A DNA stretch of 64,000 bases, from the NCBI RefSeq assembly GCF_001194135.2, contig NC_068981.1, positions 31,661,855-31,725,854 of the forward strand, read 5' to 3'. Within the stretch, counting starts at the first letter, position 1. The number at the start of each line of letters is the position of its first letter. This document shows, one piece after another, positions 53,651 through 64,000 of this stretch. The position numbers and the translations under genes were made by a program. Under the pieces are notes generated by a model that saw only the letters and a list, made by a program, of their open reading frames with translations, made no database searches and had not been told where the DNA came from. Source of the stretch: Octopus bimaculoides. Lineage: Eukaryota.

Positions 53651-53856
53651 CTGTGTTTGTCCCACCAACATCACTTGACAACAGATGCTGGTGTGTTTTC
53701 GTCCCCGTAACTTAGCGGTTCGGCAAAAGAGACCGATATAATAAGTACTAGGCTTACAAAGAATAAGTTCTGGGGTCGATCTGCTCGACTAAAAGAAGCG
53801 GTGCTCCACCATGGCCACAGTCAAATGACTGAAACAAGTAAGAGAGTAAAAGAGTG
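53455..53856 (+). mobile_element. SINE family B (tRNA/CORE-like), full length with central microsatellite
   Basis: Head ggctatgtggttagtagcttgcttaccaaccac, CORE-like ccttgtgcaagtgtctt, central (TA)/(TG), and 3' tail gactgaaacaagtaagagagtaaaagag. Confidence 0.88.
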
Positions 53857-54269
53857 TATATATACATATACATATGTGTGTATGCATAAAGATTAGAGAA
53901 ACGATGCGATATTTTAAGGAGGATTATCTTTTCATCAGCTTATAATTTCACCCATAGTTGATGGGTTACATGCCATGCTGATGAAAGGACAATAACTTAC
54001 AGTGCTATAGAAATAACGCTAAAATGATACTGTAGCACTTTTTACACAATATTAACATCTAAATCTATAATATACTTTCTAGTGTATTATGAATATACAA
54101 TCAAATGGCGCCGTCTTGCCAGCAATTAAAACTACATGTACATATACATACATGTGGCTACACACACACACACACAAACAGATACACACACACAGCCACA
54201 CACACACACACAAACACGCACGCACGCGCACGCACATACATACATAAATGCATACATCTATACTTACAT

Positions 54270-54555
54270 ATTTTCTTTTACTCTGTTACTTGTTTCAGGC
54301 TTCTGTTTGCGGCCATGCTGGAGCGCCCCCTTAAAAAGTCCTTTTTAGTCGAAGAAATCGAACCCAGGATTTTATTCTTTGGAAGCATAGTTCTTATTCT
54401 ATCGCCTCCTTTTCCGAACCGCTAGGTTACACGGACGTAAACGTCCCAACAAGCGATGGTGGGACACAAAGACAGACACAAAGACGCTCACGCATAAGTA
54501 TATACATATATATATATATATATAAATACACGCACACATACATATACGACGGGCT
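54270..54555 (-). mobile_element. SINE family B, 3' two-thirds
   Basis: Reverse match to 53590-53856. Confidence 0.8.
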
Positions 54556-55248
54556 TAATGGTGCAACCCCCAAAAACTGTTATTGACAGTTGGTAACATT
54601 AGCCAGCATAGTAATATGGGAGAATCTATATGCATATACAAAACGTTTACTGTAAACGAATTGAAAGGATATTATATATATATAAAGAGATTGAGGGAGA
54701 ATATCAACATATGAATATATTCATATTTTTGTAAATAGAAAAGAAAAAAAAGGGAGCAATAATTAACAATGAGAAATTAATCATTAGTATTAAAAAGTCA
54801 CTATTTAAATGTAGTTCGCAAAAATTTGCAGCTGTTTCTGTTTACCTCGTTACATTTGACAAACAGCTTCAGAATGATTTTAGAGAGAAATGAAAGGAAA
54901 AGAAAAAGTTAAAAAGGGAAAAACGTTCGTAAAGTCTTTAGGCTTACATATTAGTGACTTGTTGGGTTCCACGTGTTTGTAGTTTACTCCATTAGATGCA
55001 TGGGGCAGTAAGTGGGAAGAATGATTATTTGACCGGCGGTGTTAGCTGAAGGAGTTATAACTGGTGGAGATATCCGGTGTTGTTATTTGTAATATATAAC
55101 GCTATATTTAATTATATTTTGATGAAAAATAAAGTAAAATGTACGGTTACTAGCCAATAATGACTGATATTGATTTAAGACAATGATGGTGAAAATAATG
55201 AAGGTAATGACTGCACACCAAAGAAGATTTAAATCACACACACACTCA

Positions 55249-55328
<80 letters not shown>

Positions 55329-55563
55329 NNNNNNNNNNNNNNNNNNNNNNNNNNNNNNNNNNNNNNNNNNNNNNNNNNNNNNNNNNNNNNNNNNNNNNNN
55401 NNNNNNNNNNNNNNNNNNNNNNNNNNNNNNNNNNNNNNNNNNNNNNNNNNNNNNNNNNNNNNNNNNNNNNNNNNNNNNNNNNNNNNNNNNNNNNNNNNNN
55501 NNNNNNNNNNNNNNNNNNNNNNNNNNNNNNNNNNNNNNNNNNNNTATATATATATATATATAT

Positions 55564-55729
55564 GATTGACCGTTGACCGTGTTTTTCTCCTTGTCTCCGT
55601 ATTCTTTCTGTTGAAGAGCGTAGCTCGAAACGTCAAAGACTTTCTGTATTCCCGAGCGTCATACTAATATATACTTTTGTTATTTACACCACCTGTCCTC
55701 GTCTGTTGTTATTTTTTGTATATTCTCCC
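55564..55729 (+). mobile_element. ~166-bp non-coding element in (TA)n carrying a variant hammerhead motif
   Basis: Unique sequence bounded by (TA)n on both sides (55545-55563 and 55730-55740). Confidence 0.65.
55603..55639 (+). ncRNA. Minimal hammerhead variant (A6U core, loopless stem III)
   Basis: Stem I TCTTT/AAAGA; core CTGTTGA-A; stem II GAGC-gta-GCTC; GAAA; palindromic ACGT; GUC site at 55632-55634. Confidence 0.6.
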
Positions 55730-55740
55730 ATATATATATA

Positions 55741-56010
55741 CCATGATTTATGGTTAGGGTGTTTAACTCGCGAGATCGTGTTTTCAATTCATAGGCCAGA
55801 TAATGCGTTGTGTTCTGGAGCAAAAGACTACATCTCACGTTGCCCTGTGATCACTTATTCGTAGTATACTGTGCACCCGTTCAAGCAATGTCGAGGTAGT
55901 TAACTAATGTACAGCGCACACATTTCATCACTATAAACAAATCATTTGTGCAGGTCGTTCGGCAAAAACATGGTGAACATTAATAAGTCGTCTTCGACGG
56001 AGGAGTCCGT
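55741..56010 (+). mobile_element. Diverged SINE family C-related copy
   Basis: Head atttatggttagggtgtttaactcgcgagatcgtgttttcaattc resembles the head of 41713-42063. Confidence 0.55.
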
Positions 56011-56753
56011 TATATTCCTTCATATTTATTGAGTAAACCATGCTGTGTTTGTAGATTAAGTCTATATAATTACATCGATATAAACAAACCAGAGAGCCTC
56101 CGCTGTGTGCTAAAATATTAGATAAATTAGTTGATAACCAACCATATCGTTACAAAAAGAGGCACTTTACATCGTGATGTTAAAAACAAAAATCAGTGGA
56201 CACGTCCTGTAACAATACTGTTTATGATTACAGGTCCAAACCAATATGTTTGAATTGTGGCATTAGCTTCCGAAAACTCATTCCTACATAATTTCTCACA
56301 TCAACGTTGTTGCGATTGAAACAGTTCTACTCCATATCCAATTAGTCGTGTCAACACTTATACTCACGCACAGACATACATACAAACGAACATACATACA
56401 TACCCAAACACACGCGTGGACGCACACACGCACGCACACCCACACACACATATATATATATATATAAACTGCATATGTGTGTGTGTGTGTGTGTGTTTAG
56501 AATTTGTTTGCATTTAAGTAGGCATATGTGTGCCTACTCGAATATATTTGCACCTATTTGTGTATACATACGTGTTGCTTTGAAAGTTGGAGTAAGAGAC
56601 GCTACAATAATCGGCGAATGAATTCTTTTGAATAACTAATATATTTGGTAGGTAATGTATGCTGATGGAACATTTACATATATTTTTCAAAGATTTATAT
56701 CTAACAGCATATAATTATATGAATGCATGTATGTATATGTATCCATCTGTTTA

Positions 56754-56859
<106 letters not shown>

Positions 56860-57280
56860 TATTATACATATATATATATGTATGTATATATGCGTATATA
56901 TATGCATATGCTTATATCTTTCTATCTCCCTATCACTCAATCTCTTTCTTACTTTCTCTAAATATGCATACATATATACACATATATATACGCATTCATA
57001 TACACATGTTAATATATTATAGAGACCCAAATACGTATAGACTGATGCCTATATATATATATACGCATTAATTTACATCTATATAAATGACGATGCAACA
57101 CACACAGAACACACACAGATATTCATAATCACACACATATGTACATACACACACATGTACATACACAACCACACATCTACAGACATATATATAATATGTA
57201 ACAATCTTAAATGCTGATACTGAGACATAGATATATGTATATGTATGATATATGCATGTATATATTAGTGTGGACATACG

Positions 57281-57320
<40 letters not shown>

Positions 57321-57373
57321 AACATATATACATATATATATATACATACATATGTCCACATTGTTTTTGTCAG

Positions 57374-57682
57374 TTAAATGTCTATCGAAGAATGTGTGAA
57401 TTGAAAAGAAAACAAAAACATTGTGTCAACAATTATAGAACAAAACGAAAAGAAGACAGGCCAGCAAATAATTCTAAAGACATGTATTATGTATTCTTGC
57501 TGGCTGGTTTTATCTCCCATGCGAATTTGTATGCGGCAATCCCCGAAGAAACTAACATCGAAGACTCTGATTGGATAAAATTCTTAAATATTCCTAAAGA
57601 TATTTTTTTAAAGATAGTTGATAAGGAGCTGTTGTACAAAAAAGGAAACAGAAAACAAAAATGGAATAGATTCACTACATAG
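57374..57682 (+). other. Unassigned 102-codon open frame after an AG acceptor (possible terminal exon)
   Basis: ttgtttttgtcag| then LNVYRRMCELKRKQK...DMYYVFLLAGFISHANLYAAIP...KWNRFTT*. No recognised motif. Confidence 0.2.
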
Positions 57683-59159
57683 AATTAAAAAAAAAATTTA
57701 AAAAATTGAAGCATTAATAAAGAAAAAGTAGATAAAATTTCTAGGGAAAATATAATGAAATAAAATCTTGGCATTACTATTCTGGAATCTCTCATTTCAC
57801 AGCTTTTGCTTTTGTTTTTGCTTATTGGAAATGTGTTTGTATTTATCGATTTTTCAGTTAGTTTTTCGTTTTAAATGTTTATTTTGCTGAACAGCACCAA
57901 TTATATATGGATATCACTGCCTTCTTGTGGCATGTGATATGCATGATATCTTGCCGCCTTTGCTATTGCAATGAACATTTAAATAAGAAAAAAGAAAAAC
58001 AAAGAATAACATAAACAATATACAAAAACATCAACACATTGCAGTATAGTGACACATTGAGAGCTGACGGAAGATAAAAAGAAAATCATAAGAAAATTTT
58101 CAAAATAATCCTGTATGAAAATAAAAATAAAAATAAATAGCAAATAGAAGAAACTATAAAGAAATAACAAGACGCTGTCACATCAACAGCAACTACATCA
58201 TCAACATAAAAAATGCACTGCTTATAACTGAATTGCATATGATATTTCTTGCCCTTTCGCCAACATTCGGTATTTCATGATGTTATTGTATCCTCATGCT
58301 TAGAGATTTCATAGAATTGAAAATAAGATAATAAATGTTTCAGAACATATATGTATGTATGTATATATTTATGTCTGTATGAATGCAGATATGTATGTAT
58401 GTATGAATGCATGTATGTATGAATGCATGTATGCATGCAAGTAAGTATATATGTATACATACATACATACATACATATATATATATATANNNNNNNNNNN
58501 NNNNNNNNNNNNNNNNNNNNNNNNNNNNNNNNNNNNNNNNNNNNNNNNNNNNNNNNNNNNNNNNNNNNNNNNNNNNNNNNNNNNNNNNNNNNNNNNNNNN
58601 NNNNNNNNNNNNNNNNNNNNNNNNNNNNNNNNNNNNNNNNNNNNNNNNNNNNNNNNNNNNNNNNNNNNNNNNNNNNNNNNNNNNNNNNNNNNNNNNNNNN
58701 NNNNNNNNNNNNNNNNNNNNNNNNNNNNNNNNNNNNNNNNNNNNNNNNNNNNNNNNNNNNNNNNNNNNNNNNNNNNNNNNNNNNNNNNNNNNNNNNNNNN
58801 NNNNNNNNNNNNNNNNNNNNNNNNNNNNNNNNNNNNNNNNNNNNNNNNNNNNNNNNNNNNNNNNNNNNNNNNNNNNNNNNNNNNNNNNNNNNNNNNNNNN
58901 NNNNNNNNNNNNNNNNNNNNNNNNNNNNNNNNNNNNNNNNNNNNNNNNNNNNNNNNNNNNNNNNNNNNNNNNNNNNNNNNNNNNNNNNNNNNNNNNNNNN
59001 NNNNNNNNNNNNNNNNNNNNNNNNNNNNNNNNNNNNNNNNNNNNNNNNNNNNNNNNNNNNNNNNNNNNNNNNNNNNNNNNNNNNNNNNNNNNNNNNNNNN
59101 NNNNNNNNNNNNNNNNNNNNNNNNNNNNNNNNNNNNNNNNNNNNNNNNNNNNNNNNNNN

Positions 59160-59245
<86 letters not shown>

Positions 59246-59369
59246 GAGCTATAGATATGTGTGTACGTGTGGTTGGGTGTGTATATATAACATATATACT
59301 ATATACAGGTATGAATTTTACAGTAATATTAACAGATATAGTCACTTTTATAATCGTTGAAATTTATTT

Positions 59370-59600
59370 AAATCTGGTCTAAGAAGTGGCTTCCTTCTTA
59401 CTGTTCTGCCAGAGTAGCCAAATTTGTGGAGATACATGGGACCTATTCTGGGATTGACATCAACTTGTTCTGCTATATCAGAGGCCTTGCAGCGAGGACT
59501 ACCCTCCACACTTTTCTTAGCAAAGCGAAGGGTCCTGTCAGACGGTCTGGTCGACGTGAACGTGGTGATGTAGACTCTTTCACTCTCTATTGAATTGTAG
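59370..59600 (-). mobile_element. Tc1 transposase N-terminal (HTH) remnant
   Basis: TSTRPSDRTLRFAKKSVEGSPRCKASDIAEQVDVNPRIGPMYLHKFGYSGRTVRRKPLL matches the Tc1 pattern LH..G..GR..RRKPLL. Confidence 0.8.
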
Positions 59601-59864
59601 AATCACGCTATTAACTTTGGAAAGTGAGATCCTAAGGTTTTCTGCGATTTTACGCTTAAATCAACCTTCAGATTGACCCACAATACGGCCACTTTGAAAT
59701 TCGGACAGTTCCAAATCTTCTTTTGTAGGTGGCATGATCAAACAATCCCATATAAAACCTGCAAGAAAAATGTCAATTATTTAAAAATTAGAATAAACAT
59801 AAAACGATGTTTATTTACTTTTGTCATGTCTGTGTATAAATATACTCGATCCCTCACACACACA

Positions 59865-60754
59865 TACGACGGGGGACCCAAAACAAACCGGTATTTTGCA
59901 ATATTCTTTCATTCACGCACAATTACATGCTTATACATTTATCGCATTCATATTATTTTCCGTTTGAAGCAACGCATTGCTCCAGACGTGTTTTCTAATG
60001 TCCGAAGCAGTCGAGGAACTCTTGTGAAGTGATGCCCTCTAACACCTCTGTCGTTTTTGTTTTCATCTATTCCACATCTGAAAAATGTTTTCCTTTAAGG
60101 ACCTTTATCATTGGAGGGAAGAAAAAGGGCTCGGATCAGTTTCCAGCCGTTCTTTCCGTACACCACATGCATTCAATCGTGATAGCTTTTGATTTTCTGA
60201 AATCAAGCGAGGCAGAAATTTTGATGTAACTCTTATCAATTGTAATTCTTCGCTCAAAATATGTGGCAGAAGCTCCTGGACACACCGATCATATCAACCA
60301 GTTCGACAGTTATTCGGCGACGGCTCTCTACGACAAGTTGAGGATTTTTGTATTCGTTCGGGAGGTCAACATTCGCTCTGAATGAGGTCGGTATTCAAAC
60401 GACAAGTGACCATTCCTAAAGCGTGAAAATCACTCGTAAACTTATGTATTACTCATGTCAGCGTCCTTGTAAGATGTTTGAATCATGACAAATGTTTCGG
60501 CCGGCGTTTTCCCCACTAGGAATCAGAATTTCACACAAGTATGCTGTTCCTTCATTTCAGCCATCGCAAAAATCGACAAAGGGGCAGAAACACTGCAAAA
60601 CAAAGACGCACCACATGGCAGTACGACTTACTCAGACGACTACGGTTGGCAGACTGATGCCTGAGGATCACATTAAGTGGCTTCTAACCGCGGAAGACTG
60701 AATGGGTTTGTCCCTCAGAGTAAGTTTCTCGCTACTGCTGGGTACACCCTCGTA
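59865..60754 (-). mobile_element. Internally deleted mariner element
   Basis: TA-flanked related ends TACGACGGGGGACCCAAA and (reverse complement) TACGAGGGTGTACCCAG. Minus-strand remnants RVTSKFLPRL and KGKHFSDVE*MKTKTTEVLEGITSQEFLDCFGH*KTRLEQCVASNG match the mariner C-terminus. Confidence 0.82.
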
Positions 60755-60757
60755 ATA

Positions 60758-60801
<44 letters not shown>

Positions 60802-61184
60802 TGTATGTATGTATAAGTATATATGTATATATGTATATATGTATATATATATATATATATATATACGTATATATATATTTAGATATGTAAGTATATATGT
60901 GAATATAGTGGGAGATGTAAAGTATGGTTTCTTGGTGTACTACAGCAGAGACAAAGTGAAGACGAGACATCTGTTAAGTAACAATTTTGTTTTGGACATT
61001 GAAAATACATAACTCATCCAGGCTCATCGCCCCCCTCCCACCCCGCCACAGACTCACACACAAACACATATGCACACACAAGTACGCATATAAACGTACA
61101 TGCACAGAGAGAGAATCACACACACAGACACACACATGTATACATACATTTATGTGTATGCGTGTGTATATCTGTTACTTTCCA

Positions 61185-61562
61185 AACACCTGACTGCGGG
61201 TTCACGCCCACTGAGTGGAATTTTAGGCAGATGTCTTCTACTATAGCTCCAGGCAGACGAATTGTCTCGTGAGTGGATTTTATAGATGGAAACTGAAAGA
61301 TGCCGTCTATATTGGTGCGTGCCTATGTATGTGTGTACATAAATGTGTCCTTTTGCTTTTGCTTTTAGTCCCTGCGACGCTTGAAAACCGGTGTTGGTTT
61401 CCTTACGTCCATTAAATTACCGGTTCTGCAAAGGTATCCATGGAATCAGTACAGGGCTTAACAAAAAAAAAAAAGAAAAATAAAGAAAAAATTACTGGGG
61501 TCGATTCGTTGCACTAAACCCTTTAAAACGGCACCATAGGCTGATCGCTCCATAATTATTGA
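61185..61562 (+). mobile_element. SINE family B, diverged full-length copy
   Basis: gggttcacgcccactg...ggcagatgtcttctactatagc...gagtggatttt...gatggaaactgaaaga...ggggtcgattcgttgcactaaa. Confidence 0.75.
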
Positions 61563-62259
61563 AAGAAAAAAAAACAATATCAATAAAATAAGTTGTGCGT
61601 ATATGAGCATTCTAATCTGCACTCACTTTGTAGATTAATTAAGGCTTTTGTGCTTGAGACCTTTCTCAGTAATGTTTAATGCGCTGCCGCTTTCCATTTT
61701 CTGTTATGGCTGTTTACGTTATAGTTCTATGTTTGTAATTATTAACATACTATCTCACACTCTGAGCATATTTGGATAGGTTTGTTGTTTTGATATTTTT
61801 CATACGTCTGGACGTTTAAAATATCTTCGTTTAAATTAATCATGCATCACACTTTTACACTGTTAATATTTGTAATATCAATTTTAATTTAAATTTCGAA
61901 TTCTAAACCTATTCCAAATTGTATCTATATACAGTATACAATCCTGGCATTTTATACTTTCGATATTTTAAAAAACTCAGGCGAAAAAATAGGTCTTTGT
62001 AAACAATATATAGTGCGAACTACTATCTTAAAGAAAACAGATTGCCGGAAATAGAATATTGCAGCAAAACATAACAGGGCTAATTAGCAATAAGATATAT
62101 TATTCATTCATAGATTATTTGGCAAATGTGTGATGCTGAACACGAAGTTATGATGTATCACAAATGTACTCCAGCATTCTAAATATATATAAATATATGT
62201 GTCTATATACGTATACGCGTATACGAGCGTGCTTGTATATATGTATGTGATTCTCTCTA

Positions 62260-62322
<63 letters not shown>

Positions 62323-63725
62323 NNNNNNNNNNNNNNNNNNNNNNNNNNNNNNNNNNNNNNNNNNNNNNNNNNNNNNNNNNNNNNNNNNNNNNNNNNNNNN
62401 NNNNNNNNNNNNNNNNNNNNNNNNNNNNNNNNNNNNNNNNNNNNNNNNNNNNNNNNNNNNNNNNNNNNNNNNNNNNNNNNNNNNNNNNNNNNNNNNNNNN
62501 NNNNNNNNNNNNNNNNNNNNNNNNNNNNNNNNNNNNNNNNNNNNNNNNNNNNNNNNNNNNNNNNNNNNNNNNNNNNNNNNNNNNNNNNNNNNNNNNNNNN
62601 NNNNNNNNNNNNNNNNNNNNNNNNNNNNNNNNNNNNNNNNNNNNNNNNNNNNNNNNNNNNNNNNNNNNNNNNNNNNNNNNNNNNNNNNNNNNNNNNNNNN
62701 NNNNNNNNNNNNNNNNNNNNNNNNNNNNNNNNNNNNNNNNNNNNNNNNNNNNNNNNNNNNNNNNNNNNNNNNNNNNNNNNNNNNNNNNNNNNNNNNNNNN
62801 NNNNNNNNNNNNNNNNNNNNNNNNNNNNNNNNNNNNNNNNNNNNNNNNNNNNNNNNNNNNNNNNNNNNNNNNNNNNNNNNNNNNNNNNNNNNNNNNNNNN
62901 NNNNNNNNNNNNNNNNNNNNNNNNNNNNNNNNNNNNNNNNNNNNNNNNNNNNNNNNNNNNNNNNNNNNNNNNNNNNNNNNNATATATATATTATTATTAT
63001 TATTATTACTTTGATACACCGCATTTATGCGTGATATCTGTGTAAATACTTACTTATGTATAGGTGTTTGTTTTGTTTGTTTGGGCAGGTGTGTATATAG
63101 CTGATAAGCATATCACTTAATAGGATTACATAAAATATTTTAGTGATGATTAAGTTTTCTTTCTGTTCCATTTTCTTAAACAGAATCGCACAAATAAACG
63201 ATTTCAATTTTCTTATTCATTTAATCTATTGGTATGTATGCATGTATGTATGTGTGTATGTATATATGTGTGTATGTATGTATGCATGTATGTATGTATG
63301 CATTGTGCATCTTTATATGTATGCACGTATGTACACAGAAACACGCGCACACGGACACACAAACACACATACACAAACACATACACACACACACAAACAC
63401 ACATATGCTGATTCACATTAACTTTCATTAATTCCCGGAGCTGAGTCAAAAAGATGATATTATCTTTAACATACTAAAGAATTAAGTTTGCAAAGCATTT
63501 TCATGTAGATGTTTGAAATAGTGAAGTTTTCTAGCTATAATTTTTTTTATGTTCAACAAGATTTTGGAGGAAGGTCTTCTTTAAAATATCCATCCTCTGT
63601 TCTTAAGGCTTTGATGAAGTAATAGAATTAAGAACCTACATTGATATACTAGTGACTTTCAACGAAGATAACATTCCATTCATAGTATAGTACTAATACT
63701 TGCGAGTAATGTGGTGCGGATGCCG

Positions 63726-63949
<224 letters not shown>

Positions 63950-64000
63950 CAAGTAACTGTAGAATATGTGGAGATGGACAAGAAACAATAAATCATATTA

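Noticed and set aside
60661-60685. CTGAGGA-T-CAC-attaa-GTG hammerhead-like half
   Set aside because: No GAAA or stem I follows, and it lies in the mariner terminal region.

Overview
AT-rich, microsatellite-saturated eukaryotic DNA from a short-read assembly. It has 11 N-gaps: 11287-11497, 13151-13750, 14472-15238, 28976-29374, 37454-37479, 46879-47177, 48177-48532, 49590-50141, 55329-55544, 58490-59159 and 62323-62980. The SINE families and compound triplet repeats resemble octopus (coleoid cephalopod) DNA; this is an inference from recognised repeat sequences, not a search. There is no intact long ORF, and the window looks intronic or intergenic. Recognisable content: a decayed Penelope-like element (RT plus GIY-YIG, 15253-17020, minus); a 5'-truncated R4/Dong retrotransposon sitting between two TAA microsatellites (38424-39370, minus); Tc1/mariner remnants; and about 25 copies of three tRNA-derived SINE families (my labels A, B, C). 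A few short candidate exons could not be assigned to a gene. The most interesting signal is four hammerhead-ribozyme-like motifs (44883-44971, 23407-23439, 55603-55639, 39500-39540) in short non-coding segments. Three of these lie in or beside TA/TAA microsatellites, and the fourth is linked by sequence to the Penelope copy. Together they suggest several non-autonomous, ribozyme-bearing Penelope derivatives. An Illumina adapter remnant is present at 15239-15252.
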